This document shows, one piece after another, positions 27,126 through 40,028 of a DNA stretch of 64,000 nt. This DNA is from Octopus sinensis (lineage: Eukaryota). A program made the translations under genes and the position numbers. The number at the start of each line of letters is the position of its first letter. The first letter of the stretch is position 1. The stretch lies in assembly GCF_006345805.1 (NCBI RefSeq), contig NC_043017.1:10540001-10604000 (forward strand), given 5' to 3'. The notes beneath the pieces were generated by a model. That model was not told the DNA's origin. It searched no databases and was given only the letters and a program-made list of their open reading frames with translations.

Positions 27126-28089
27126 ATAACAATAAAAAGAAGAAGAATAGAATGTTTAAGTGAAGAGTTTTTGCATTTTTGAATGGTTGATGTCCATCTT
27201 CCATGCTGTAATTACTTTTAGTTTTAACACAAAATCTGGGACCGCATCATTTGTCAGGCAGGGGCATCTCTGGAAACCCCTTTTTTTTCTTTTTACTTCT
27301 TTTTTTTGTTTTTGTCCTGGTCCATGGTGAAGTCGACAGAAAACGGGTGGAGCACAGTGTTAGTAGAATTGACATGAATGTATTACTGGTATGTAGCATA
27401 TTGAATGACCTGGTTTAGAGTAAGGATTCAAACGCAGAACAATGAGAAGCTGAATGAATCATAAACACTGAAGCATCCTAACCCAGCACCCTACTTTTGG
27501 TGCCCCTCTTGTCACATGGCAGAAACGCTGCTGTATGAATGCGTGTCTGTGCACATGCACACACAATTTTGCCACTCCCCTTCTTACTCATGTGCACCCC
27601 TACATTGCACTACTTCTCCCCCCACACACACACACCTCTCCCATCTCACATAGATATACTCGCATACATACACTATATACACATTTACAAACTCACATAT
27701 ACACACATTCTATTTCTCTTTTTCTCTCTGTCTCTCTCGCTCTCTCTCTCACACACACACATGCACCCCTTTCTTGCATCACCTAGCCTACTTACATGTT
27801 TGCCTCTCCCATTTTATGGATACACACTTTGTATACATTCATATACACACACAAATATGAACACACACACACACAGCACATGCCCCTTCCTTTATACAAA
27901 CAGACACACACACACACATACATATGTGCTTTCTTTCCCTTGCCCTGCATACAATCACAAACACACCCTCAGCTTTTCCTCTCTTCACACACACGAACAT
28001 ATACACAGACACACAAACTTCTCTTAACCTAACCTACATACAAAACAGTCACACATATATACACATCAGTGTTAAAAACTATGCCAAAA

Positions 28090-28340
28090 TCTGTTGTTAC
28101 CAAGTCAGGAGCTAACCATTGCTACAGTTGTGCCAGAAGCTAACTGTTGATACCACTGTGCCATAATCTATCTGTTGTTACAATTGTACCATTAGCTGTC
28201 TGGTGTTACAACTATGTCACTACCTGTCTGTTGCTACTATTGTCTCTAGCTATCTGTTGATCCAACTTTGCCACTAGTTATTTGCCCTGACAGCTGTGCC
28301 ATAGGCTTTCTGTTGTTACAATTGTGCCATAAGCTGTCTT
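28090..28340. repeat. Diverged minisatellite, about 33-bp unit
   Basis: TCTGTTGTTACAATTGTGCCAT..AGCT units upstream of the second DBD exon. Confidence 0.6.
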
Positions 28341-28420
28341 TTACTGCAGCAGGGTGACTCTCTGTGTATGCATTGCATTTTCAACATCTCTCTCTCTTTC
28401 TTTTCCTCTGTTCATTTCAG

Positions 28421-28561
28421 GTTTCTTCAAACGTACTGTACAAAACAAGAAGGTTTACTCCTGTGTGGACAACAGAAACTGTCTCATTGACAAGACGCAA
28501 AGAAAAAGATGTCCATACTGTCGCTTTCAAAAATGCCTTACTGTAGGAATGAAGTTAGAAG
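28421..28561 (+). CDS. ftz-f1: FTZ-F1/NR5A DBD exon 2 (zinc finger II)
   Basis: TTTCAG acceptor ending at 28420; (G)[46 protein letters not shown]; donor G|GTGAGC (phase 1). Confidence 0.98.
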
Positions 28562-28689
28562 GTGAGCATGCTGACCCATCACCCTTTGCTCTGTTGAGGG
28601 TCTTTTTTTTTATTTATTTATGCATTTTGTTGAGGGTGTTGAGGTTTTCTCTTCTGAAAATGTTTAAATTTTATTCAGATGTGGTATAC

Positions 28690-29170
28690 ATGTAACTGTA
28701 TACCCATCATGCCCAATTTGGCAACATACCCATTTTACCCAGTTTAACAAACCCATTGTGTTCAGATAGATAACATACTCACTGTGCCCTCTTTGGTAAT
28801 GTACTCATACACTCAGATAGACAATTAACCTACTATGCCCAAATATGTAATATACCCAACGTACCCAGGTGGACAGAATACCCACTTTATCCAATTCAAC
28901 AATACATCCACTAGCTCCAGATTACGGATATACCCACTTTGCCCTGTTCAGCAACATACAACTGCCTGTGCCTAACAAAACCATATATCTATTGTGCCCC
29001 AATTTAACAATATACCCACTGTACCCAGATGATATATGCAGAGCCCAGTTTTACAGCATACCCATTTTTGGCCTGCTAAACAATATACCCACTGTGTCTA
29101 GATAAATCATGTATTTCCTTTGCCCATACATGCAATGTACCTATTTTACTTACAAACCCACAGCTCAAAT
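28690..29170. repeat. Diverged minisatellite, about 34-bp unit
   Basis: AATATACCCACT(G/T)TACCCAG units repeated more than 10 times with decay. Confidence 0.65.
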
Positions 29171-29178
29171 AGATAATA

Positions 29179-29535
29179 CTAGCACATAGTGCTAGTGCAT
29201 GCATATACAGCTGCGTGCGTGCACACTTAGATGCGAGTACTGTCCAAATCTCCGACCAATCACATACAGCTAGCTGGCATTCAATTGGCGTATCAAGTTT
29301 TGGGCATTTTGATTGGGTTTTGGATAGAAAATTCACAAAAAATTCACTTCTATTGATTTTTTAATGGCTTTGCGGGGTGACTGGGGAAATGTAAAGACGT
29401 GCACGACCACCCTTGGGCGGTTTTGAATGACCATAGAAAGTGCGAGCTCTCTAACTGAAAAATTGTGGATTTGTATAAAGGATACACACACACAGACAGA
29501 CATTTTGCTGTTTATATATATATAGAGATATAGAG
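29179..29535 (-). mobile_element. Non-autonomous Helitron-like element
   Basis: Minus strand begins TCTCTATATATATAAACAGCAAAATGTCTGTCTGTG (like 8957) and ends with hairpin TAGCAC-TAT-GTGCTA and CTAG|T. Confidence 0.65.
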
Positions 29536-29630
29536 ATAACCATTGTATACATAATATACCCATTGAAAACATTGTGTCCAGTCTGCAGATAGTATTTGAC
29601 CTAGTTGTAGGGTAGTTAATGCTGTCCCCT

Positions 29631-29829
29631 CGGAAACATTTCTTCACGCTCAGAGTTGCTGAAGCATGGAATAAACTGCCTGCGTCAGTTGTTGACTGCC
29701 ATGACACTGCATCCTTTAAGGCCCTCATGCTTTCCGAAATCCGTCGAAACTACACCTGATTATATATGCACTTTAGATGAGTTGTAGTGCACCTGAGCAC
29801 TGTACACAATGTTTATTATTATTATTATG
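29631..29829 (+). mobile_element. 3' end of a CR1/L2-clade LINE with (ATT)n tail
   Basis: RKHFFTLRVAEAWNKLPASVVDCHDTASFKALMLSEIRRNYT* (29631-29759) matches the CR1-type ORF2 terminal motif FF..RV...WN.LP; the 32-nt 3' terminus is repeated at 30986-31017. Confidence 0.8.
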
Positions 29830-29871
29830 AGATCAAGGTTTTACTAATCTGTTTTTTTTTTTCTTTCTCAG

Positions 29872-30605
29872 CTGTCCGGGCCGACCGGATGCGGGGTGGT
29901 CGAAACAAATTTGGTCCAATGTATAAGCGGGACCGAGCACTAAAGCAACAAGCCATACGTCAACGACAGCAGATGCTGACATCGTGCCAAATTCACCTGT
30001 CAAATGGAATGAACTCTTTACCCACGTCCATGGAGGACATCAAACCTAGTTCGCTCCTGATGGGTGGAAACCAGCTAATATACAGCATGGGTAGCAGTTG
30101 TGGTGGTGGTGGTGGTGGCGGTGGTGGAGGCGGTGGTGGAGGAGGAGGTTGTGGTGGAGGGGGAGGGGGAAACATCTCGCCTCTCTCGTCGCCGACCCCG
30201 TCGATGCCTTCACCCGTCTACGACGCGTCCCCACCCATCAGTCAGTTAACCCTAACGAACAGTGAGTGTATGCCTGTTAACACGGGCGGCTCAGCCATGC
30301 AGGGCACCCTGCAGCAGTACCCGGCCATGATCAGCGCCCTACATCCCATGCACTCCAGCCTCCTCTCACAGCAGCCTGCACTACCCCCTCTCATACCGTC
30401 CCTAATCTCAGACTTCAAGGCCACCATGCCTAATGAGACAGAACGTAAACAAAAGCTGCTTAACTTTATTCAAAATGAATTTGGTGGGTTTCAGTGTTCG
30501 TGGCATTCGGACAAGTTATTTATGATGTTATGTCGCCTTGTGGACCAGTGCCTATTTCTCATGGTTGAATGGGCACGCTATTCATTTTTCTTCAAAGAAT
30601 TAAAG
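29872..30605 (+). CDS. ftz-f1: FTZ-F1/NR5A exon: FTZ-F1 box, Gly-rich hinge, LBD helices 1-3
   Basis: Branch-like TACTAAT, poly-T and CAG acceptor ending at 29871; (A)VRADRMRGGRNKFGPMYKRDRALKQQ...LCRLVDQCLFLMVEWARYSFFFKELK; donor AAG|GTAAGT (phase 0). Confidence 0.97.
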
Positions 30606-31849
30606 GTAAGTAAAATACATCCATTCATACGTGTGAGTAGTATAGTTTTCGTTAAGCATTGTCTCGTGTATATATAAATTTTTTTAATATTTATTTTTTT
30701 GAAACCGAAAGAATACAAATTATAAAAAATTGATAATGCAGGTTGAAGGTTTGTACGATTACTTGATATTTATATGTATACACAAGAACATATGGTTGGG
30801 CTGTCGGATAAATGTTTTCTATTTTTTTTTATTCTACTTGGTACTCCATCTTTATATGCCTGAAAAGAGATAAAATTTATTCAAATTTCAAAAATGAAAA
30901 ACAAAAGTTGTAGAGGAAGGCAGGAACTACAAAAAAAAAAAACAAAAGATACTGATAAAAAATATTTTTCATGTTAATTCAAATAGAGTTGTAGTGCACC
31001 TGAGCACTGTACACAATTATTATTATTATTATTATTATTATTATAACATTGGAAAGAATTAAAATAAAAGAAAAGTAACTAAAACAAAAAACAAATGAAT
31101 TTTCCTGACAGCCTAACACACACAAACACGTACACACATGCACACGGTTTTGGTTTTTGCGAAAAGTGTACTCAATCTATGTTCTGTTATTTGTACAAAA
31201 ATATTCACGTTGTTACTGCCTGGAATTGCTTGCCAAATGCCCTCTTTTGGCTATCCAGAAAGCCAACCTCACAGACTTACACATTGTTTTTCATTGGTTG
31301 CATCAGGTCATGTGGTATTTCCCTGTTGCTTATTGATATGTTCACTGGGAGATAACTCCAAGCATTAGTCCTTATGTTGCCAAGCCAGATTTTCCAATAT
31401 ATTAAAGGAAGATAATTCATCCTGATTGTATTTGATAAACATCTAAGACAAATGCCTTTCCATGTGGACAGTTTATGAATGCTTTATTTCATCTCTATTT
31501 AATGTATTGTATTTCTCTGTGATGCATAGATTGTAGCTTCTACTACCATTTGCTATCAAATGGTAATGCAGGTGTCCCAAGACACACTCTGCATGGACTA
31601 AGACCACATGGTTGGCAAAACAGCAAAAACTCACTTAATCTCGATTTTCAATCCTATATCTGACTGCACCTTCTGTGAATTGAGAGCAGGAAGCAACAGC
31701 ATTTCACCACCCACTCCTTGAAAAAATGTCAATGCAATCAAAGAAAGGTTTTTTTTGCATTTATATAAAATGTCTGGTAGATAAAACCAAATGTGTGTTC
31801 AGAAGAAAATGGTAAAATGCATTCTGCACCAACACCAAGACAAGTTCAA

Positions 31850-33430
31850 CTGCAGTGTATTCAATATAAAGCCTATTCTCTCCACAGACTAAGGAGATTG
31901 AAAAATTCAAAATCAATTCAATCAACCTAACAGAAAGGTAAATTTTAGAAATTATGTCATTAGCATCCAGAAAATGTTAATGACCAAATATCATTCTTCA
32001 GAAACCCAAACAGGAATATGTGTCTGCTGACAAAAGGAGAATCTTAAATCATTACAACTGAATCATTTAAGACCAAACCAAAATATCAGGTGATATCACA
32101 GAACCATACACAGAAGCAAATCAGAATCCAGTGCTTATAACATAATAAACAGAAATGTAAAATATACTAACATCACAAATATAAACAACTTTTTAGAATG
32201 CAAACCATAAATTACATTAAAGAACCAGAAACATAACTTCTCATCCAGCCCCTGGTTTAGATGACGATATCCCTCCAACAAGGAAGTGGCAATCATAGTT
32301 AGGAAATACATCCTAGGTTCTCTAAGATTTAAATTTAGACAAGCAGGGAAATTTGAATAAGACACTGCTGCCTTTACAGGGGGTTTATAATATAGAAAAG
32401 ATAACCAGCTGCCAATTCCCTTTGTTTGATGTAGTTGAATTGGATCCATCTAATTTCTGAACACCTCTTGAAACCATTAGGATTCAGGAAAACATGCACC
32501 ATCAGAACTGATTCTAACTTAAGCATAATAAAGAAAGCAAAGATGTTGTTCCCATTTCATAATGATTACTTCTGAATCAAGAAATAAGAAATATTTTGAC
32601 ATATCCATGAAGACCTTGAAGAGTGTAGAAGCTTTGGAAACAGCAGTTCATATCCTAGGTTTTATTTAAAAAAAACACATTGCACTCAACTGCAAGGGTT
32701 AGGGTTGAGCTAGTAATCTCCCATAAAATAGATGGTCATAACATAATTAATCCCAGATAAACAGATAAACGAGCATATTTATTCAGAGAATTCAATAGCT
32801 CCAATCCTTCAAACTACATGTTTTCTTGCTATCACATCAGACTTAAACATATATAATCCTTAGACTCACTGAAAGCCAAAACAAGGAGCAATCTATATCA
32901 GGACTCCTTCACTCTTCCTTTTGCTTATAAAAAAAGAGCATTAGAAGAATGTTAAGCTTATCATCTGACAGGAACATATATGACAAAGCCACCTCTCGTT
33001 ATACATAAATAAGAAGATGATTTATTGAAAGAACTTGAATACATTGAACAGCCTACACAAAACAATATTGAATACAGGGGATTATTTTGGTGCAATTCCT
33101 CATAAAGTGTGACTGTAACTTCCAATATAACATGGAATTTCTTGTCGAACATAAACTTACTTGAAATGCACAGGTGCTGCAAATTCTTTAATAGAAATAG
33201 TGTGAAACCTATCTACAGCTGCTTAGGTTATACAAACTCTCAAACCTCCCACCATCATCTAAACTCTAGAAGCAATATACACTCTGGATGCAAATACAGT
33301 TATACACAAAAGCTTTGTACACTACGGAAAATGCTCAAAGTTGACGATACTCTCTTACAAAACTGGAGTAAAAGCAGCAGATGGTATTGAAATTGTATAC
33401 AAAGAACACTTAGACACACAGCAGATTCTT
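31850..33430 (+). mobile_element. Heavily decayed Penelope-like retroelement (RT plus probable GIY-YIG region)
   Basis: Collinear motif remnants across frameshifts: ADK(RR), ITLKNQKHNF (32211), PSNKEVAIIVRKYIL, FDVVELDPS (32425), FDISMKTLKSVEALETAVHIL (32595), FNRNSVKPIYSC (33187), C..L.ILSYKTGV. These correspond to PLE consensus ADKT, ITLKDHK.NF, FDIV.FYPS, FDVTMGS.DGAE, FNRNTVK.SYSC. Confidence 0.7.
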
Positions 33431-33654
33431 CCAAATGAAGAGACAATAAATTCTATTTTACTTCCCACTATATCTGGAAGTGTAAAATAAAGTAGGGAAT
33501 TTTTGAAAAAGCTCGACCATACACAAATTGTAATAAAGTAACTTTTGCATTACTGAAAAATACCATATATTAATAACAATAGATAATATTTTAACTCTTA
33601 AAAGTCTTATAGTGTTTTCTCAGTATATATCTCTCATTCCTATTAGAGACTAAC

Positions 33655-34010
33655 GATTTTGATGAAATGCAGTTCGTACAATATGCAAATAAAAGTATAT
33701 AATTATTGCATAAATGTTGATGAAATTTCATCTGCAATATAACAATTCTTTTATGTGCATTGTGAATATGGCTTTTACCTGTTGTCATGGTCTTGCACCT
33801 GCCAAGGTAGGTTGTATACAGTGATCCTGTTAGAATCTATAGATCTTGATGAAATGCAGTTAGTCCAATCTAAAAGTCATAAAATATTGTATAAATTTAG
33901 TTGAAACTTGATGTTATATAACAATCGTTTGTGTATACTGTGAATGTGAGTTGAACTGTTGTCATGTTCATGCACCTACCAAGGTTGGTTGAATACAGTG
34001 AAGTTGGTGT
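33655..34010. repeat. Diverged tandem dimer of about 180-190 bp next to the 3' end of the PLE
   Basis: TTGATGAAATGCAGTT near 33659 and 33847; TGTTGTCATG..TGCACCT.CCAAGGT.GGTTG.ATACAGTGA near 33780 and 33957. Confidence 0.75.
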
Positions 34011-34066
34011 TTTGAAATATATTCACAAGATATGGATTTCTGGGCATTGATTTCTCGGCTAAATCA

Positions 34067-34271
34067 TTAACCCATTTGCATTCAGATTACTCAGTCAAAA
34101 TGCAATGTTTATTTATTCACATTTTGTAACTTTGAGATTTTGATGAGGTAACTGTTAGTTTTCAGAATGGTATTGTAGGGCTGGCATGAGAGGCCAGATC
34201 TGGCTACATTGTACTTAAAACAGGCCGAATATTTTGGCCAGATTTGACTGGTTTAAGTACTAAAAGGTTAA
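34067..34271. mobile_element. TTAA-bounded MITE-like repeat
   Basis: TTAACCC...AGGTTAA ends; the internal GGCCAGATCTGGC block is also found inverted near 45600-45830. Confidence 0.5.
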
Positions 34272-34593
34272 TAAATGAATAATAAAATAATTCATTAATA
34301 AATAATATTATTGAATTCTAACTCACAGCTTGATGCCAATATTAGCTGTCATTAAGCTTGAATAATTAAAGAGAAAATCCAGACAGTGAGTTTTTTTACA
34401 AAATGAGGTTAAACTTTGTTTCTTTCGTACAGAAGAGTGAGGGCTTAGTTTCAAATTTTGACCCCAAAACAATGGGGTTTTTTCAACTCCAGCTTTGTAC
34501 AATTGAGGAATAGGCATCAGATACAACTGACTGCTGGGTGGGATCTTAATTAAACCAGAAAGCAAAGCATTTTCAAATTGTCCACATAGATGG

Positions 34594-34636
<43 letters not shown>

Positions 34637-34797
34637 TCTCTCGGACAGATTTGAAGTTGACCTTGGAGTAAAGAGGGTATGTCATTATAGAGGTTGTGAA
34701 GGGCAATGAAAGGACTTTGACAAACACAACTTATTGATTGGTTAACAGAATGATTAATTAAACAATCAATAAGTTAACTGGTTAACTTAATTGACTA

Positions 34798-35103
34798 ATC
34801 ATCATCATCGTTTAGCGTTCGCTTTCCATGCTTGCATGCGTTGGACGGTTCAACTGGGGTCTGGGAAGCCAGAAGGCTGCACCAGGCCCAGTCTGATCTG
34901 GCAATGTTTCTACGGCTGGATGCCCTTCCTAACGCCAACCACTCCATGAATGTAGTGGGTGCTTTTTACATGCCACCGGCACAGGTGCCAGACGAGGCTG
35001 GAAACGGCCACAATCGGATGGTGCCTTTTACGTGCCACCGGCACGGGGGCCAGGCGGGGCTGGCTACGGCCATGATCGGATGGTGCTTTTTATGTGCCAC
35101 CGG
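34798..35103 (-). mobile_element. Family B element
   Basis: (CAT)n tail on the left; roughly 95% identical by eye to the reverse complement of 40171-40401. Confidence 0.9.
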
Positions 35104-36279
35104 CAAATAATAATAATAATAATAATAGTAATAATCATAAAGGAAGTGAAATAGAACCAGTGTGTGTATGTGTTTATTTTGACATAATGACCCTTCCATG
35201 ATGCTTTTTTTTAAAAAATACAATAAAGCTAGGTTATCTTTCTTCAGTATATTAGAAAACTGTGAGGAAGTGAGATAAGCAATGAAAGTTAGGTTTTTCT
35301 ATGGTGATTGCGAATATAGTTGTCTCCCATTAACTATTTAAGTGGACATCAAGGAAGTCATTTTGGGGCAGAGGGCCTGACAGGAATGCTTGTTATTGAA
35401 TGGACACTGTTAAAAGCACCCAAGGGGCCAGGAGGTGGTGTTTAATGCTGCTGACAGATTAAGCCTACCATCATGGAAACATTCATATATGACCACCTCC
35501 ACTCTGAAAAATAAAACAGAAAAAGAACCCAAAGTCATAAATTTTTTGCTATTTCTATGGATTTTGTTGATTTGGAATGACTCTGGATTGTGAAGAGAGT
35601 CTTGGTTTAGATAATATTTTGTTTACATGAAACTTTTATTTGCATCAGTCATTGGATTGTGGCCATGCTGGAATATCCCTTTGAAAGGTTTCTGTTGAAC
35701 AAATCAATCCTGGTACTTATTATTTTGTTTTCAAGTCTGGTGCTTGTTCTTCTGGTCTCTATTGCTAAACCACTAACTTACAGATATGTAAACAAACCAA
35801 CACACATACACACAGATATACAATGGGTATCCACTTAGTTTCTGTCTATCAAATTCACTCTCTCTTTCTATTACATGCACATACACACAAACACATATGA
35901 TGTGATACTGAAGAAGGAGCAATAATTCCTGAAACATGCATCTACACCCATGATTTTTCTATCTTCAATAGCATTGTTTACATAGACATATTCATATATG
36001 AAATGTCATAACTTTCAGTACTGGCTCTAAATTGTATAGAAAATCTGCAGAGACAACATTAAAAGCCACCCATACACACTCACACACACCTCTTACAAAA
36101 GTTTTCTCAAGTTTTCAGAAGAAACAATTCTTATTACTGCTGTTACTAAGACTTGAACCCACAACCCTTATGGTCAGTTGAGATTATAGAAATATGAATA
36201 AAAAAAAAAAAAACAACAACAATAAATAAACATAGTTTGATCCTCTTAATATTTTCCAATGTTTTTTTTGTCTTTTTAG

Positions 36280-36384
36280 GTTGAGAACCAAATGAAACTT
36301 CTACAAAATTCTTGGAGTGAATTATTAATTTTGGATTTTTTATATCGACAACTTAACACAAATTCCACCTCAGAGTTTACATTG
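36280..36384 (+). CDS. ftz-f1: FTZ-F1/NR5A LBD exon (helices 4-5), not in ORF track
   Basis: TTTTTAG acceptor ending at 36279; VENQMKLLQNSWSELLILDFLYRQLNTNSTSEFTL (105 nt, phase 0/0), matching the NR5A VDDQMKLLQNCWSELL motif; donor GTTAGT. Confidence 0.96.
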
Positions 36385-37313
36385 GTTAGTATGTGGTGCC
36401 TGGCACCTCTGTCATCTTCTGTGTGTGTGTGTGTGTGTGTGTATAGTATTGTGTTGTTTATGTGAGTGTGTGTAGTATTGTGTGGTTTGTGTCTGTGTGT
36501 GTGTGGAGCTGAACATGTTTTTGTGTGCGTTTATGGTGCTGCATGTATATGTGTATTATGTGTGTGGACCTGTGCATGTGAGGGTTGTGCCGTATGGTAC
36601 CATGGTGCTGGTTGTTTACTCCAAGTCAGCTCCAAACAAGCCCCACCACCTATGATCAGGAGGCATCCAACCTGCTGTGACCATCAATCTTGTCTTCAGA
36701 CCACAACATTATCCAGAACTATATTATCCACTAAATACTCACATGTTTTTTTTCCTTCTCTCTTTTCTGAGTGTGTGTTAACATGTTGTGGTGTGATCTG
36801 TGGGAAATTTGAAATTTAGCTGCTATTTCTAGTATGTGAAGCAGCAATTACATACAGTTTCCTTCATATGTGATGCAGTGTGTAGAACTGTTTGTGAAGT
36901 GTTTAGCTTATGCCTAAATCCTGCAATGCTTGGTGGGTTTCTGCACAATTTCCATCTACCAAATTTTTCTCACGAACCACTGGTCAGCAGGAGGGCTTTA
37001 GTAAAAGTCACTTTTCTAATAAACCCAGAGTGATGTAGATGTAATGGGAATTTCTTATCATACAGTGTTGCTGTATATGGCACTTGACAGAGAATTGTCC
37101 CAATTGTAAAATTTCTAAGTGGATTTTATCAGATAATGTATTAATGGACACAGCCTCTGCAACCCGTGCAATGGTGAGAAGTTCTAAATTCTAACAAAGG
37201 GAATATGAATTTTAAACTGGGAAAAACAAATTAATTAGCAATTGCCGACATGAAAATAAATTCTACCTGGTTAACTACAATAGAAAACTTAAGCTGGATT
37301 GAAATCCCCTCTT

Positions 37314-37668
37314 TCATCATCATCATCATCATCATTTAGCGTCCGCTTTCCATGCTAGCATGGGTTGGACGGTTCAACTGGGGTCTGTGAAGCCAGAAGG
37401 CTTCATCAGGCCCAGTCAGATCTGGCAATGTTTCTATGGCTGGATGCCCTTCCTAACACCAACCACTCCGTGAGTGTAGTGGGTGCTTTTTACGTGCCAC
37501 CTGCACAGGTGCCAGACAGAGCTGGCAACGGACACGAACGGATGGTGCTTTTACGTGCCACTGGCACGGGGGCCAGGTGAGGCTGGCAACGGACACGAGC
37601 GGATGGTGCTTTTACGTGCCACCGGCACAGAGGCCAGATGGGGCAGCGCCGACAACGATCGGATGGTT
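37314..37668 (-). mobile_element. Family B element with internal tandem repeats
   Basis: Homologous to 34798 and 39819. Confidence 0.85.
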
Positions 37669-38091
37669 CGCTTAACCACAGCTGCAATTTCCACTGATGT
37701 TGATCGGCCTCAATTTTGGTTCTGCTTTTTGGTTTGATTTTGATTTTGATTTTGACTGTTCTCATATTCATATATAAATTAAAATTACTGATTTTGATTA
37801 TATATGAGCACAACCTGTTTAAATGCTGTCACTACTAACATAACTACATCATCACTGTCATCTCTATATCATCAATATGCTCTCATTCCACATCCACTAC
37901 CACTGTCCCAACCAACACCATTATGGTATCACCACACATTACCACTACCCTCACCACTTCATCTTTGCCACACCACCACCACTACCATCATGACACTTCC
38001 GCCACCGACACAATAACAACCATCACTGTATCTCACTTTCCTACAATCATCAACCCTTTGTGGTTACTATATACATACATATATATATATA

Positions 38092-38320
38092 AGGCGAGCT
38101 GGCAGAAACGTTAGCGCGCCAGGCAAAATGCTTAGCGGTATTTCGTCTGTCATTACGTTCTGAGTTCAAATTCCACCGAAGTCGACTTTGCCTTTCATCC
38201 TTTCGGGGTCGATAAATAAAGTACCAGTTTCATACTGGGGTCGATGTAATCGACTTAATCCCTTTGTCTGTCCTTGTTTGTTCCCTCTATGTTTAGCCCC
38301 TTGTGGGCAGTAAAGAAATA
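38092..38320 (+). mobile_element. SINE family C, full length
   Basis: GGCGAGCTGGCAGAAACGTTAGC...GAGTTCAAATTCC...CCCCTTGTGGGCAGTAAAGAAATA. Confidence 0.9.
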
Positions 38321-38342
38321 TATATACATGTATATATGTGTA

Positions 38343-38389
<47 letters not shown>

Positions 38390-38458
38390 TGTATATATGT
38401 GTGTGTGTGTGTGTGCATATATATAAAATAATTTTCTCTCTCTTTTGTGTTCATACAG

Positions 38459-38612
38459 GCAAGTGGTCACAGATTAAACGCAGATTTCTTCGATAAAATA
38501 GGTTTAGGTGACATGAGAGAGAGACTGCAGGATCTTATCAAAAAGATGCGGGAACTAAAAATTGATGAAAACGAATATGTTTGTCTCAAATATTTAGTGC
38601 TTTTGAACCCCG
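38459..38612 (+). CDS. ftz-f1: FTZ-F1/NR5A LBD exon (beta-turn, helices 6-8)
   Basis: ACAG acceptor ending at 38458; ASGHRLNADFFDKIGLGDMRERLQDLIKKMRELKIDENEYVCLKYLVLLNP; donor G|GTAAGT (phase 1). Confidence 0.96.
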
Positions 38613-39818
38613 GTAAGTGCTCAATTGTTGCTGTTGTTGTTGTTGTTGTTGTTATCATCGTTGTTAAGGCAACGAGCTGGCAGAATGGTTAGCAGCATCT
38701 CCCCCATCTTCTATGTTCTGAGTTCAAATTCCACCAAGGTCGACTTTGCCATTCATCCATTTTGGGGTCGATAAAAGGAAGAGCTAGTTGAACACAGGGG
38801 TCTATGTAATTCACTTACACCCCAACTCAAATTGCTGGCCTTGTGCTGAAATTTGAAACCATTATTATTGTAAAGCGGCTAACAGGCAGAATTGTTAGTG
38901 CGTCAGACAAAATGCTTTGCTTCTTGCTATTTTTCAGTTTGAGTTCAAATGTTGCCATGGTTGACTTTGCCTTTTATCCTCTTGGGGTTGATGCAATCAG
39001 TTTAATTTCTCCCTGAAATCACTAGCCCTGTGCCAAAATTTGAGACCTCCATGAGGCGTTGGACCTCATGGAGGTACTGACAGGTGACTGAGACCTTTGG
39101 CTTGTGTTGACCTGTCAAACCATGTGAGACCATAGCTGTGGCCAGTGTCAGGTCAATGGCACATAAAATACACCTACTACTCTCTCGGAGTGTTTGGCAT
39201 TAGGAAGGGTATCCAGCCGTAGAAACCGTGCCAAATCAGCTTAGAACCTGGTACAGCCACCCCCCAGCTTACCAGTTTTCAATCTAACCGTACAACTCAT
39301 GCCAGCATGGAAAGCGGATGGGAAATAATGATGATGTTGATTATTCCACAGAGGTGGACTTTGCCTTTCATCCTTTTCAGGATCAATAAATCAAGTACCA
39401 GTTGAGTACTGGGGTTGACGTAATCAATTACTTCCTCCCCCGAAATTTCAGGCCTTGTGCCCATAGGAGAAAAGATTATTATTATTATTATTATTATTTA
39501 AATTTTTTTTTAAAATTGAATAATTAAATAAAAAGTAACAAAATAAAATAAGGGGCTGGAACCTTGGAAATTATTGTTTTCTTGAATGCTCTTTCTTCTG
39601 TTCTCCCTTAGGTATATGGGGCTACTTTAGGCCCTAAGTCTTGCAAGCTATGAGGCAATCTTCATTATTGCCAGTGGCATGTAAAATAGAACACCCAGTA
39701 AAAGGGTTGGCAAGCAGAAGGGCATCCAGCTGTAGAAACCATACTGAAGTAGACATTTGTGCATCACTTGTCAAATTGTCCAACCTATGGCAGCACAGAA
39801 ACCTGTCATTAAATGGTG

Positions 39819-40028
39819 ATCATCATCATCATCATCATCATCATTTAGCGTCCGTTTTCCATGCTGGCATGGGTTGGACGGTTTAACTGGGGTCTGTGAA
39901 GCCGGAAGGCTTCATCAGGCCCAGTCAGATTTGGCAGTGTTTCTATGGCTGGATGCCCTTCCTAACGCCAACCACTCCGTGAGTGTAGTGGGTGCTTTTT
40001 ACGTGCCACCTGCACAGGTGCCAGACAG
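39819..40028 (-). mobile_element. Family B element
   Basis: (CAT)n tail on the left; inverted relative to 39130-39340 and 40171-40401. Confidence 0.85.
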
